From: Patescibacteria group bacterium
Lineage (GTDB): Bacteria > Patescibacteriota > Minisyncoccia > Phycocordibacterales > JACOZG01
Assembly (NCBI GenBank): GCA_038064435.1
Contig: JBBTTC010000004.1
Coordinates: 3,615 to 67,614 of the forward strand
Direction: 5' to 3'
DNA length: 64,000 nt
Shown here piece by piece: positions 50,456 to 60,435 of the stretch (positions within the stretch are counted from its first letter, which is position 1; each line of letters begins with the position of its first letter). The notes beneath the pieces are model-generated. The model saw nothing but the letters and a program-made list of their open reading frames with translations, was not told where the DNA came from and did not search any database. A program made the position numbers and the translations under genes.

Positions 50456-50472
50456 AGACTTAAGTTTAACAC

Positions 50473-51744
50473 CTAGTACTGGCGCATGGCAATTTGCGCG
50501 TCAATCTGTTTAGACAGCTCCAAAGCCACGGACACCACGATCAAGAGAGCTGTGCCGCCAATCGCCAATGAACCCAGATTGGTAATCGCTCGAATAACAA
50601 GCGGTAACATAGCCACCACGCCGAGAAACAGGGCGCCCACCAAGGTCAAACGATTAACGATCCGATTGAGATACTCGGTAGTCGGCCGGCCCGGACGAAT
50701 ACCGGGTATAAACGCGCCGTTTTTTTGTAAATTTTCCGAAATCGATTGCGGATCAAAGGTGATGGCCGAATAAAAGTAAGTAAAAATTACCACTAAAATA
50801 AAATATAAACCGCCGTAAATCCATTCGTTGTTCAAGCCCCTCAACAAGCCGTCAGACAGAGATTGCACAATATTGTTATCAATACCGGACAACAATCGAA
50901 TAATCAATTGCGGGAAAAGCAAAAGCGACAAAGCAAAGATAATGGGCATTACGCCAGCCTGATTGAGACGAATAGGTAAATAGGTCGACGTGCCGCCATA
51001 AAGCTTCATGCCGCGCATACGTTTAGCATAAGTGACGGGGATCGGGCGCTCGGCCTCGGTCACAATCACCACTAGTGCCACCATCGCTATGGCCACCACC
51101 GCCAAAACTAGATAGGTCGGGACTTGGGCAGGATCAAAGGTGGCAATCGTCTGGCTAACAACGCTAGGAATTCCGGCCAAAATACCGGCAAAAATAAGTA
51201 ATGACACGCCATTACCAATACCGTACTGGCTAATTAGCTCACCCAACCACATGAGCAAAACCGAACCAGCGGCGACCACCAAAACATTTTCCAGCCGATC
51301 AGAAAAACTAAGTGGAAAAAGAACATTCTGACTTTCTAGCAATGCCAACAAACCATAACCCTGCAAAACGGCTAGCGGCACGCTCAAAAAGCGAGCGTAT
51401 TGTGTTAGTTTGCGTCGGCCCGCCTCACCAGCATTTTGATAAATTTCTTTCAACGCCGGAAAGGCCACCGTGAGAAGTTGCATGGCGATCGACGCCGTGA
51501 TGTACGGCCCCACTCCCAACATGACGATAGATAAGTTTGACAGGCCACCGCCGGAAAACAGGTTGAGCAAACCCAAAAATTGATCGCCACTAAAAATCTT
51601 TCCCAGCACCTCGGTATTAACACCGGGAATGGGCACCGAAGCGGCCAAACGAAAAACAACTAACGCTCCGAGCACAAAACTAATCTTTCGCCGCAGAACG
51701 GAATCCTGAAGAATTATTCTGATTTTTGACCACCAGGCTGTCAT
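50473..51744 (-). CDS. secY: preprotein translocase SecY
   Basis: 423 aa, 10-TM SecY architecture, after rplO. Confidence 0.95.
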   Translation of the reverse strand: MTAWWSKIRIILQDSVLRRKISFVLGALVVFRLAASVPIPGVNTEVLGKIFSGDQFLGLLNLFSGGGLSNLSIVMLGVGPYITASIAMQLLTVAFPALKEIYQNAGEAGRRKLTQYARFLSVPLAVLQGYGLLALLESQNVLFPLSFSDRLENVLVVAAGSVLLMWLGELISQYGIGNGVSLLIFAGILAGIPSVVSQTIATFDPAQVPTYLVLAVVAIAMVALVVIVTEAERPIPVTYAKRMRGMKLYGGTSTYLPIRLNQAGVMPIIFALSLLLFPQLIIRLLSGIDNNIVQSLSDGLLRGLNNEWIYGGLYFILVVIFTYFYSAITFDPQSISENLQKNGAFIPGIRPGRPTTEYLNRIVNRLTLVGALFLGVVAMLPLVIRAITNLGSLAIGGTALLIVVSVALELSKQIDAQIAMRQY

Positions 51745-52163
51745 TTAATTTGGCCGCCGGCCGCCTCAATGGCCGACCGAGCGCTAACCGACAGTTGGCA
51801 ACCGCTAACCACAAACTTTTTGCTCACGCGACCCGAGCCCAAAATCTTAACTCGAGCCGGGCCGCGACTAATTAAACCCTTAGCAACTAGGGTGACGGGA
51901 GAAATCTCGGCCCCCGCGTCAAATTGCCTTTCCAGATCATAGAGATTAACCACGGCCGCGGCCAACGTCACGAGTGGCGCGCTGTGACCACGTCGCTTGG
52001 GTAATTTTTTAATAATGTCACGTAGCTCGGGCCGAATGCGGTGGCCAGAACGGGCCTTTTGCCCCTTGGTGCCGCGGCCCGAAGTGGTACCGCGCTTGCC
52101 GCCACGGCCGATAATTTTACGGGACTTGTTGGGGCTCTGCTTTTTTAGTTGGTGTAATTGCAT
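51741..52163 (-). CDS. rplO: 50S ribosomal protein L15
   Basis: GRGGKRGTTSGRGTKGQKARSG. Confidence 0.9.
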   Translation of the reverse strand: MQLHQLKKQSPNKSRKIIGRGGKRGTTSGRGTKGQKARSGHRIRPELRDIIKKLPKRRGHSAPLVTLAAAVVNLYDLERQFDAGAEISPVTLVAKGLISRGPARVKILGSGRVSKKFVVSGCQLSVSARSAIEAAGGQIK

Positions 52164-52606
52164 ATTAATTCCAGGGCGCGCATGGTGGCCCGAGCGTTAT
52201 TTAGTTTATTTTTGCTTTTGGAAAAAAACTTGGCTGAAGCATCGCGCACACCGGCTAGATCAAGAACGATGCGAGCTGAACTACCAGCCACCAAACCGCG
52301 ACCGGGCGCGGGCGCCAAGCGTACACGAGAACTGGCAAACTTGGCCTCGACGTCATAAGGCAAGGACGACCGTTCGGTGAGTTTGAGGCGGAGCATATTT
52401 TTGCGGGCCGACTTAAGCGCCTTGTCCATCGCCAAAGAAATGTCGGCGGCCTTACCCACACCCACCCCCACGCCACCGCGCCGGTCGCCAGCCGCTAGGG
52501 CAACCGAGAAGCTAAACCGCCGCCCACCCTTCACCACCCGTGTGACGCGGCGGATACTCAAAGTCTTTTGCTCCAGATCGCTAGCTTGATTGCTCTTTTC
52601 TCGCAT
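52145..52606 (-). CDS. rpsE: 30S ribosomal protein S5
   Basis: IRRVTRVVKGGRRFSF. Confidence 0.9.
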   Translation of the reverse strand: MREKSNQASDLEQKTLSIRRVTRVVKGGRRFSFSVALAAGDRRGGVGVGVGKAADISLAMDKALKSARKNMLRLKLTERSSLPYDVEAKFASSRVRLAPAPGRGLVAGSSARIVLDLAGVRDASAKFFSKSKNKLNNARATMRALELICNYTN

Positions 52607-52609
52607 AAT

Positions 52610-52960
52610 TTAAAAATTAAGACCGCCGCCGCGGGCACCATCGGCCAAAGATTTAACCCGACCAGCATAGAGGTAGCCGGCGCGGTCAAAAGCGACCTGT
52701 TTGATCTTTAATTTGCCAGCGCGCTCGGCCAAAACAGCACCGACCTTGGCCGCCAACTCCAGTGGCTTACCACCCTTCAATTCCTGATCGCTGGCCGCCG
52801 CCACCGTGCGACCCACATCATCGTTAATGAGTTGAGCATAAATATGTCGCGAAGAACGAAAAACGGCGAGACGCGGCCGCTCGGCCGTGCCCTTAACCTT
52901 GGCGCGCACCCGTTGATGTCGCCGCCGACGCTGATCAATTTGTTGATTAATTCTAGACAT
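52610..52960 (-). CDS. rplR: 50S ribosomal protein L18
   Basis: [18 protein letters not shown]. Confidence 0.9.
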   Translation of the reverse strand: MSRINQQIDQRRRRHQRVRAKVKGTAERPRLAVFRSSRHIYAQLINDDVGRTVAAASDQELKGGKPLELAAKVGAVLAERAGKLKIKQVAFDRAGYLYAGRVKSLADGARGGGLNF

Positions 52961-52963
52961 ATT

Positions 52964-53512
52964 TTAAGCCACCACCTTCTTGCCCTGTTTGCGCTTAATT
53001 ATCTCCGTATCATAACGGATCCCCTTACCTTTGTAGGGTTCTGGCTTTTTGAGGTCACGTAACTCGGCGGCAAAACGTCCAACCAATTCTTTATCGACCC
53101 CACTTAAGCCAATGGTGTTTTTATCAACCACCGCCCTAATGCCAGTCGGCACCCCAACCGTTACTTGGTGAGAAAAACCAAGATTAAAGACCAAGTTCTC
53201 GCCCGTTAGATTAACTTTATAGCCCACGCCTTCGAGCAACAGCTTTTTCTCAAAACCAGTGTTGACGCCACGCACCATGTTTTTAATGTGCGCCGTGGTG
53301 GTGCCCCAGCGCGCGCCACTCGCCGCCGGTCGGGCCGGCGTAACTCGCACCGTGCCGCCATCGTCGGCCACCGTCACCACCATATCCGCATCAAATCGGC
53401 GCGACAGTTCCCCCTTCGGCCCCTTAATGTTAACAGCACCGTCTGACTGCTTGACCGTCACACCACTGGGAACAACGATTGTTTGTTTGCCAATTCTTGA
53501 CATGATTACCAA
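52964..53512 (-). CDS. rplF: 50S ribosomal protein L6
   Basis: SRIGKQTIVVPSGV, 182 aa. Confidence 0.9.
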   Translation of the reverse strand: MVIMSRIGKQTIVVPSGVTVKQSDGAVNIKGPKGELSRRFDADMVVTVADDGGTVRVTPARPAASGARWGTTTAHIKNMVRGVNTGFEKKLLLEGVGYKVNLTGENLVFNLGFSHQVTVGVPTGIRAVVDKNTIGLSGVDKELVGRFAAELRDLKKPEPYKGKGIRYDTEIIKRKQGKKVVA

Positions 53513-53898
53513 ATTTTAAATAACGCCTCACCACCCACACCGCTCCGCCGCGCCTCATCACCCGTCATTACGCCACGCGGCGTAGACATCACCACCAAAC
53601 CAAGACCGTGTTTGACGGGCCGTAAATCGCGAGCGTGCCAATAGACGCGGCGCGAGGGCTTGGACACACGCTCCAAACCATTGATCTTGCGGCCCTCGCC
53701 GCGCGGTGGCAATTGAATGTCAATTAACTTCCGCGCCCGGCGACCCTTTTTCACCGCCACCTGCAAATAACCAGCTCCCATCAACACCTTAGAAATTTCC
53801 ATCTTGAGCGTAGAATAAGGCACCTCGAGGCCGGCCCGGCCGGCCATAACCGAGTTTTTAAGGCGAGTAACGAAATCAGAGATCGGATCGCTAGTCAT
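53506..53898 (-). CDS. rpsH: 30S ribosomal protein S8
   Basis: DPISDFVTRLKNS. Confidence 0.9.
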   Translation of the reverse strand: MTSDPISDFVTRLKNSVMAGRAGLEVPYSTLKMEISKVLMGAGYLQVAVKKGRRARKLIDIQLPPRGEGRKINGLERVSKPSRRVYWHARDLRPVKHGLGLVVMSTPRGVMTGDEARRSGVGGEALFKIW

Positions 53899-53914
53899 GA
53901 CCAGAAAAATTTAT

Positions 53915-54100
53915 TTACCACGAAGACTTTTTAACGCCCGGCAATTGACCGTCATTGGCCAATTCACGGAAACAAATACGACAGAGTGCAAAATCACGCA
54001 TAAAAGAACGCTTGCGACCGCAACGGAAACAGCGCCGCACCAAGCGGCTCGAAAACTTGGGCGGCTTGGCCGCCCGGGCAATGACCGAAGTCTTAGCCAT
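53915..54100 (-). CDS. rpsZ: 30S ribosomal protein S14 type Z (zinc-binding)
   Basis: 61 aa with CxxC...CxxC. Confidence 0.9.
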   Translation of the reverse strand: MAKTSVIARAAKPPKFSSRLVRRCFRCGRKRSFMRDFALCRICFRELANDGQLPGVKKSSW

Positions 54101-54171
54101 AAGCCGCTATGCTAGCAGGGTCACGGCCCGAAGTCAATACATTTTGGGCTTTTGTGTTAAAATGTGTCTTG

Positions 54172-54657
54172 ATGGGTAAGTTTAATTTCAAGGACGAGAA
54201 AGACCTTGCGACTGTTAAAGAAAAATCTGAAGCTTTCTATGGAAGTATTAAAAAAGTGCACTGCCCATATTTTGGAGAAAATGTTGTGTTCAATGCCAAA
54301 GGAATAAGACACTTAAAATTCAAGTCGGACGAACGAGCCCGCACCCGAGAAGATCAATATTCGCGGCTCAAGCTTATCCATTTAGCGCCGGAAGTGTTGA
54401 AGCTGTCCCGGACAGTACAAGGTATCTGGCATACGAAACGTTTTGAAATACAAAAAACCCACAGTCGGTGGGAAAAAATTCTTAAGAATGTTTCGTTTTA
54501 TGAATTTCTGGCGGTGCTGGATAGTGTTCGTATAAAAGTTATCGTCAAAGAGGTGGTCGGTGGAGAGAAACATTTTTGGAGCGTCATACCGTTTTGGGGT
54601 ATTGATAAAATTAACGGTAAAAGAATACTGCACGGAAACAAAACTGATCTGGAATAG
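54172..54657 (+). CDS. hypothetical protein, AT-rich gene inserted antisense within the spc ribosomal cluster
   Basis: 161-aa ORF with markedly lower GC than flanks; no recognised domain. Confidence 0.45.
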   Translation: MGKFNFKDEKDLATVKEKSEAFYGSIKKVHCPYFGENVVFNAKGIRHLKFKSDERARTREDQYSRLKLIHLAPEVLKLSRTVQGIWHTKRFEIQKTHSRWEKILKNVSFYEFLAVLDSVRIKVIVKEVVGGEKHFWSVIPFWGIDKINGKRILHGNKTDLE

Positions 54658-54794
54658 ACACTAAAAAATACCGCTCGTTGTGCGGCATTCTTTAGTGGTG
54701 CCTGGCTACAGCTTGGAATAGCCGTGACAGGGCAGGGCCCTCCAAGCACCGCTCCTATTCTAGCAAATCACAAATAAATCTTCAACAGACAAAC

Positions 54795-56267
54795 CTAGAA
54801 CACTGGAGCGGGGCAGGCCGGGAGTTTTTGGCCCAACCAGGGCTCATACACGCCGGCGCCGTTGAAGAGGTCAACCAGTCGCAAATAATCCTGATAGGTC
54901 ACCGTGCCACTGCGATCAATATCGCTTTGGTAGAGAGCAACACTTCCTACGCCATTAATGGCATTAGTAAGAGCACTAATATCCTTAGCATTTACTTCCC
55001 CATTGCCATCCACGTCCCCGGGCAAATATCCAAGACACACGCTGGTCTTGGTTGGCTTATTGGCAATTGAAACGCGTTCGCCCGGCTTTAGTGACCGCGA
55101 CAAGGAAACCTTGAAACTACGATATGGATAAACCGCTCCACTGTAATTCGCTCGAGTGACCACGACTGGATCGATAGCGTTGGAACTTATCACCGAAAAA
55201 GAGTCGGCTGTGATGTTGTACAAATCTGTCGAGTAAGTTAAATCTAAGATGTCATAACTTTCACCCGTTGGAGAACTTCGATCACCTCTTGGCGCAACAA
55301 AACTAGATCCGATCTGGGTACCATCCAGTTTTGATGGCTGGCGAGCATCAACAGAGCCGTTTGCCGGAGCAGATGATATAATAATCGGTCCGGTCAAATC
55401 AGTCCCGACTGTTGGTGGATACGTGGGCACAAGAGCAACATCGGCAGTTGAATCATAAATCTTGAAGTACGAATCACTGCGATCGCAAACTTCGCTACCA
55501 GTAACTGGATCACCTAGGCAAATACTCATTCTATAAACACCGGCAGGCACCTTCGAATCTCGATAACCCGCACCAACTGTCCAAGAAAAACCGCCTCTTT
55601 GATCTGGGGCCAAACCAAGCATGAGCGTGTAGGCCGCGAACGGAACGCCACTATTCTCGTCAGTTATCAAGCTAATATTAACAATCCGGTTTGCCGGAAC
55701 ATTAAAAGCGTTCCAGATTATCCTCTCTTGACTGCCAAGAAACCATCCTTCTCCACCATTGGGCGAAACAACTTTGATCGAAACAGGATTGGGTGGAAGT
55801 AAATTGCAAAGCAGACGATTCATGGCCGTGCGGGTTTGGGGGCCGACGTAGGCGATGTTGCCGGTGGCGCGCTCGAGAATATTATTTTGATCCTGGAACT
55901 TTTCGAGAGCGCGGAGAGTGATGCGGCCAAAAAAGCCGTAAGTGGCACCTTTGGGCAACTCAAACACGCCAGCCTTTTCTAAAGCCTTTTGCATTAAACG
56001 AATCTGGCGACTACCGCCGTAGTCTTCATCACCAAAAAACAGGTCTTGAGTAATGACCGAACACCGCTCGCTGGGAGGATAACCAATGGGATCGGGGACC
56101 GGAACATACGGCTGAGACGGAGTAGTCGGCCGGCTCACCGCCTGACTATTTAACAACATTATTAACTTCTGCAATTCACCGGCGCCAATAGTTTGCGCGC
56201 CAGCATTGGCTGAACCAAAAATTAGACCCACAGCCAAAAGAGCCAGTAAAATATATTTCTTTTTCAT
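54795..56267 (-). CDS. exported protein with PG-binding-1 domain, PNGGEGW repeat module and C-terminal dockerin-like repeats
   Basis: Signal peptide; peptidoglycan-binding helix region (GFFGRITLRALEKFQ); VVSPNGGEGW; dockerin-type DVDGNGEVNAKD / DIDRSGTVTYQD. Confidence 0.55.
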   Translation of the reverse strand: MKKKYILLALLAVGLIFGSANAGAQTIGAGELQKLIMLLNSQAVSRPTTPSQPYVPVPDPIGYPPSERCSVITQDLFFGDEDYGGSRQIRLMQKALEKAGVFELPKGATYGFFGRITLRALEKFQDQNNILERATGNIAYVGPQTRTAMNRLLCNLLPPNPVSIKVVSPNGGEGWFLGSQERIIWNAFNVPANRIVNISLITDENSGVPFAAYTLMLGLAPDQRGGFSWTVGAGYRDSKVPAGVYRMSICLGDPVTGSEVCDRSDSYFKIYDSTADVALVPTYPPTVGTDLTGPIIISSAPANGSVDARQPSKLDGTQIGSSFVAPRGDRSSPTGESYDILDLTYSTDLYNITADSFSVISSNAIDPVVVTRANYSGAVYPYRSFKVSLSRSLKPGERVSIANKPTKTSVCLGYLPGDVDGNGEVNAKDISALTNAINGVGSVALYQSDIDRSGTVTYQDYLRLVDLFNGAGVYEPWLGQKLPACPAPVF

Positions 56268-56281
56268 ATAACAAAATTATA

Positions 56282-56908
56282 TCACTTACCCTTCTTGAAA
56301 GGAAAGCCGATGGAGTGGAAAAAGTCGAGCGCCTCGGCTCGCGACTTGGCTGTGGTAACAATGGTGACAGCCAGCCCAAAAACGTCCTTGAGATCCTCAT
56401 CCGCCGTTTCCGGAAAAACGCTATGTTCGCGAACGCCAATAGTTAAATTTCCCACCTCATCAACACTTTTGTCGTCATAACCGCGAAAGTCCCGGGTACG
56501 CGGGATGGCAATATTAAGCAAACGATCGAGGAAATCATACATGCGCGCGCCACGCAAAGTAACCATATGGCCGATCACCTCGCCCTGCCGCACCTTAAAC
56601 GAGGCGACAGACTTCTTCGAGCCGCGGGGCGCGGCGCGCTGGCCGGTGATCTTGGTTAGCCTGTCAGCCACCAGTTCTTGACGTTTGGCCTCACGGAGCT
56701 TGCCAGTACCAGAACTAACCACCACCTTAACGAGGCGCGGCGCAGCCAGATCATTGGTCACGCCCAATTTAGTTTTAAGGGTCGGCCGAGCTTTAATAAT
56801 TTTGTCTTTGATCGGTATCATATTTAAATAGTCTGACCACAACGCCGACAAACGCGGGTCTTTTTGCCCGCCACTATTTTGGCGGCCAAACGCACGCCGC
56901 GCCGGCAA
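56282..56908 (-). CDS. rplE: 50S ribosomal protein L5
   Basis: L5 similarity; true start probably the internal Met near 56821 (MIPIKDK). Confidence 0.85.
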   Translation of the reverse strand: MPARRAFGRQNSGGQKDPRLSALWSDYLNMIPIKDKIIKARPTLKTKLGVTNDLAAPRLVKVVVSSGTGKLREAKRQELVADRLTKITGQRAAPRGSKKSVASFKVRQGEVIGHMVTLRGARMYDFLDRLLNIAIPRTRDFRGYDDKSVDEVGNLTIGVREHSVFPETADEDLKDVFGLAVTIVTTAKSRAEALDFFHSIGFPFKKGK

Positions 56909-57126
56909 TGACTGCAGTAGAGCATCACATTAGAGCGGTCAATTGGCCGAGCTACTTCCACCACTTCACCCTTTTGGCCGGCGCGGCGCGGCTTTTGCCG
57001 GCGCTTAACCAAACCTACGCCCTCCACCACCAAACGCGCGCCAACCACTTTGGCCACGGCGCCCTCGCGCCCGCGATCCTTACCGGCAATCACCTTAACC
57101 TTATCACCCTTTTTAATCGTCAACAT
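56824..57126 (-). CDS. rplX: 50S ribosomal protein L24 with C-terminal Cys4 extension
   Basis: KKGDKVKVIAGKDRG KOW motif; C-terminal CSHC...CRRC. Confidence 0.85.
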   Translation of the reverse strand: MLTIKKGDKVKVIAGKDRGREGAVAKVVGARLVVEGVGLVKRRQKPRRAGQKGEVVEVARPIDRSNVMLYCSHCRRGVRLAAKIVAGKKTRVCRRCGQTI

Positions 57127-57129
57127 AAT

Positions 57130-57501
57130 TTAAACAATTTCTGGCGCTAGCGAAGCAATTTTTTGATAACCCAGTTCGGCGATCTCGCGCGGAATTGGTC
57201 CAAAAACCCGTCCACCACGAGGCTCGGGCTTGTCTTTTTCCAAAATCACCACCGAGTTATCGTCAAAACGGATGTACGAGCCATCAGGCCGCCGAAAATT
57301 ATTTCTCTGCCGTACCACCAAAGCCCGCACCACTTCTTTTTTCTTAACCGCCTTCTTAGGTTCAGCTGTTTGCACCGACATAATCACCACGTCACCAATT
57401 TGGGCATACCGGCGGCGCGTCCCACCGAGCACTTTAAAAATGCGTCCTAGTTTGGCGCCAGTATTGTCGGCCACTCTAACTATGGTGCGAGGTTGAATCA
57501 T
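57130..57501 (-). CDS. rplN: 50S ribosomal protein L14
   Basis: MIQPRTIVRVADNTGAK. Confidence 0.95.
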   Translation of the reverse strand: MIQPRTIVRVADNTGAKLGRIFKVLGGTRRRYAQIGDVVIMSVQTAEPKKAVKKKEVVRALVVRQRNNFRRPDGSYIRFDDNSVVILEKDKPEPRGGRVFGPIPREIAELGYQKIASLAPEIV

Positions 57502-57758
57502 GATGAAATTTTACTGACCACCACAAAATGCTTATGGCGGGAAAGCGGGCGAACCTCGCGGATTACCACTCTGTCACCCACCTTATACTCATTTTTCTCG
57601 TCATGCGCCTGATAACGCTTAGAGCGCTTCAGAAACTTGCCGTATTTGGGATGTTTAACAAAACGATTAACCCGCACAACTACGGTTTTGTCGGGCTTGT
57701 CCGACACGACCTCACCACGCCAACTGCGTCCACTATTATGTGTAAGTTTATGAGTCAT
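57498..57758 (-). CDS. rpsQ: 30S ribosomal protein S17
   Basis: GEVVSDKPDKTVVVRV...HDE. Confidence 0.9.
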   Translation of the reverse strand: MTHKLTHNSGRSWRGEVVSDKPDKTVVVRVNRFVKHPKYGKFLKRSKRYQAHDEKNEYKVGDRVVIREVRPLSRHKHFVVVSKISS

Positions 57759-57763
57759 ATCAT

Positions 57764-58183
57764 TTAGTGGCGGCTAATCACTTTGGTTTTAAGGGGTAAT
57801 TTGGTACCAGCTTTACGTAGAGTCTCACGGGCCACAGCGTCCTCCAAGCCATCAACCTCAAACAACACCCGACCCGGCCAAACCTCAAACTCATAGCCCT
57901 GCGGGTCGCCCTTGCCCTTACCCATGCCCACCTCGGCAGCTTTAGCCGTGTAGGGCTTATCAGGAAAAATGCGGATCCACAGTTTACCGCCCTTCTTCAT
58001 TTGCCGCACAATGGCCTTGCGCGATGATTCAATTTGATTCGAGCGGATCCGGCCAGCGCTCTGAGCCTTCAGACCGTGCGAACCAAAAGATAAGCTCAAA
58101 CCGCGCGTCTCTAGTCGCGGCTTGTTGGGATTGCGGCGCATCGTGTGCCACTTGCGATATTTAACTTTTTTAGGAAAAAGCAT
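57764..58183 (-). CDS. rplP: 50S ribosomal protein L16
   Basis: MLFPKKVKYRK. Confidence 0.9.
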   Translation of the reverse strand: MLFPKKVKYRKWHTMRRNPNKPRLETRGLSLSFGSHGLKAQSAGRIRSNQIESSRKAIVRQMKKGGKLWIRIFPDKPYTAKAAEVGMGKGKGDPQGYEFEVWPGRVLFEVDGLEDAVARETLRKAGTKLPLKTKVISRH

Positions 58184-58185
58184 GG

Positions 58186-58875
58186 TTAATTTTGAGCGCG
58201 ATCAAAAACTTCCCCCTTATAAATCCAGACCTTAATACCAATCACACCGTAAGACAAGTACGCCTCCTCGCGAGCAAAATCAACGTCGGCCCGCAAGGTT
58301 TGTAGTGGCAATCGACCAATCTTGAGCGTCTCTCGTCGACCAATTTCGGCCCCACCTAAACGGCCCGAGATGTCGATCCGTACTCCCTGCACCTCTTTGT
58401 TGGCCATCACTTTGTCGGCCATTTGCTTCATTATCCGCCGGAAGTGCAAACGTTTTTCCAAACCCTCAGCGATCATGTAGGCTACAATTGCCGCATGGGC
58501 CTCGGGTTGCCGGACTTCTTCGATGTCGAGATGTAATTCGCCCGGCAAAACCAAATTCTGACGCTGGGCCAATTTAACAATTTCTTGCTTGAGCTTGATT
58601 GATCCCTCACCACTCCGGCCAATCACCATACCCGGGCGAGAAGTTTTAACTATAATGCGCCACGAATTTTGCCCGCGCTCTATCTCAATAGCGTTAATAT
58701 AAAAACCACGCAAACGTTTTTTTAAAAACTGGCGAATCAAAACATCGGCTCGTAAAAAACTACGATACTTATCACGCACACCAAACCAGCGCGACCGCCA
58801 ATCACGGATCAAGCCAAGACGATGAGAATAAGGATGGACTTTGTGCGTCATATTATTTAGTCGGCCGTGGGCCAA
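58186..58875 (-). CDS. rpsC: 30S ribosomal protein S3
   Basis: KH domain and S3 C-terminal similarity, 229 aa. Confidence 0.9.
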   Translation of the reverse strand: MAHGRLNNMTHKVHPYSHRLGLIRDWRSRWFGVRDKYRSFLRADVLIRQFLKKRLRGFYINAIEIERGQNSWRIIVKTSRPGMVIGRSGEGSIKLKQEIVKLAQRQNLVLPGELHLDIEEVRQPEAHAAIVAYMIAEGLEKRLHFRRIMKQMADKVMANKEVQGVRIDISGRLGGAEIGRRETLKIGRLPLQTLRADVDFAREEAYLSYGVIGIKVWIYKGEVFDRAQN

Positions 58876-59179
58876 GCTCCACCACCACTCGACTCAAGCG
58901 GCGCCGAAGTGGGAAAGCCCGCCCACGCGCTCCGGGACGAAAGCGCCGCATCACCAGACCCTTATCAACACGAATGTTTTTGACATACAGGTCACCGTCC
59001 ACCGCGGCGGACGCGGCGGCGGCGGCCGACTTGATCGCTGTGGCCAGCGGTCCCGCCGCGCGTTTACCCAAAAACTTCAGTTGAGCTAAAGCTGTGGCCA
59101 CCGACTGACCACGCACCAGATTAGCCACTAGGCGAACCTTGCGTGGCGATTGATGATAACTGGCTAAAGTGGCTTTCAT
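58853..59179 (-). CDS. rplV: 50S ribosomal protein L22
   Basis: SPRKVRLVANLVRG. Confidence 0.9.
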   Translation of the reverse strand: MKATLASYHQSPRKVRLVANLVRGQSVATALAQLKFLGKRAAGPLATAIKSAAAAASAAVDGDLYVKNIRVDKGLVMRRFRPGARGRAFPLRRRLSRVVVELGPRPTK

Positions 59180-59181
59180 GT

Positions 59182-59541
59182 TTATTTACTATCCGCACCA
59201 ACCTTCTTTTCCGCCACCACGTCTTTGGCGGCCTTAGCGGCGGCAATCTCGGCCTCCTTCTTTTTCATCTCCAACTCCTTTTGCATTTTACCGCCATGAC
59301 GTAGGAACTTGCGCGTCGGCGCAAATTCGCCCAAACGATGCCCGACCATCTCTTCCGCCACCAATACCGGCAAGTGAGCTCGGCCATTATGCACGCCAAA
59401 GGTAAAACCAACCATCTCGGGTGTGATCTGGCTAGCGCGCGACCAAGTGTTTAGCACCCCCACTTGATCCGGTTTGCGACCGTGAATCTTTTTTAGCAGT
59501 TTGGGATGAGTAAACGGCCCCTTGTGTAGTGAACGAGTCAT
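59182..59541 (-). CDS. rpsS: 30S ribosomal protein S19 (Lys/Ala-rich C-terminal extension)
   Basis: SLHKGPF...NGRAHLPV; about 30 extra C-terminal residues. Confidence 0.9.
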   Translation of the reverse strand: MTRSLHKGPFTHPKLLKKIHGRKPDQVGVLNTWSRASQITPEMVGFTFGVHNGRAHLPVLVAEEMVGHRLGEFAPTRKFLRHGGKMQKELEMKKKEAEIAAAKAAKDVVAEKKVGADSK

Positions 59542-59592
59542 AAATTAGAGTCGGCGCTAATACTAAGTAAACCAGACAATACTGTCAAACCA

Positions 59593-60435
59593 CTAGGCGC
59601 GGCGGCGGCTCTGGCGCCGCGAAACAACAAACACCTGTGAATATTTCTTAACCGGGCGAGTTTTGCGACCACCAGTAACCTTGCCCCACAGGGTCTTGGG
59701 TCGCCGCGTACCACGACCTTGTCGACCCTCACCGCCACCATAGGGATGATCGACCGGATTCATGGCTGAACCACGCACCGTGGGTCTTACACCCAACCAT
59801 CGTGAGCGGCCAGCCTTACCCAATTTAATCAGTTTGTTGCTGTCGTTGGACACGGCACCAATACTGGCCCAAGCATTTTCATTAATTCTTCGCACTTCAG
59901 TTGAAGGCAACTTCACATTAGTGTAACCAGAATCATTTGATAGCACTTCAGCAAAATTGCCCGCTGACCGTACCAGTTTGGCCCCGCCCCGAGGCTGAAT
60001 TTCTATATTATAAACAAAGCTACCAACTGGAATCTTTTTGAGTGGCAAACGATTGCCCGGACGAATATCGGCCGACTCGGCCACCAACACCTTGGAGCCC
60101 GGCGGAAGGTCAGCCGGAGCCAAAACATAGCGCCGCTCACCGTCGGCGTAACACAATCGAGCGATAAAACCCGAGCGATTGGGGTCATATTCCGTGGTCT
60201 CCACTACCGCCGGGATATTAATTTTGTTGTAATACCAGTCAATCGTTCGAAAACGACGCTTGTGGCCACCACCTTTATGGCGAACGGTAATTCGCCCCGC
60301 ACGATTGCGACCAACGCCGCGTTTAAAACCGCTAGTTAAAGACCGAAGCGGCTGCACCCCGGGGGTTAAATGCTCCCGGTAAGGTATGGTGACGGTGTGG
60401 CGTGTAGATGGAGTGCGTGGTCGACGAGTTTTCAT
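59593..60435 (-). CDS. rplB: 50S ribosomal protein L2
   Basis: 280 aa; GGGHKRRFR and C-terminal GRNRAG-like region. Confidence 0.95.
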   Translation of the reverse strand: MKTRRPRTPSTRHTVTIPYREHLTPGVQPLRSLTSGFKRGVGRNRAGRITVRHKGGGHKRRFRTIDWYYNKINIPAVVETTEYDPNRSGFIARLCYADGERRYVLAPADLPPGSKVLVAESADIRPGNRLPLKKIPVGSFVYNIEIQPRGGAKLVRSAGNFAEVLSNDSGYTNVKLPSTEVRRINENAWASIGAVSNDSNKLIKLGKAGRSRWLGVRPTVRGSAMNPVDHPYGGGEGRQGRGTRRPKTLWGKVTGGRKTRPVKKYSQVFVVSRRQSRRRA

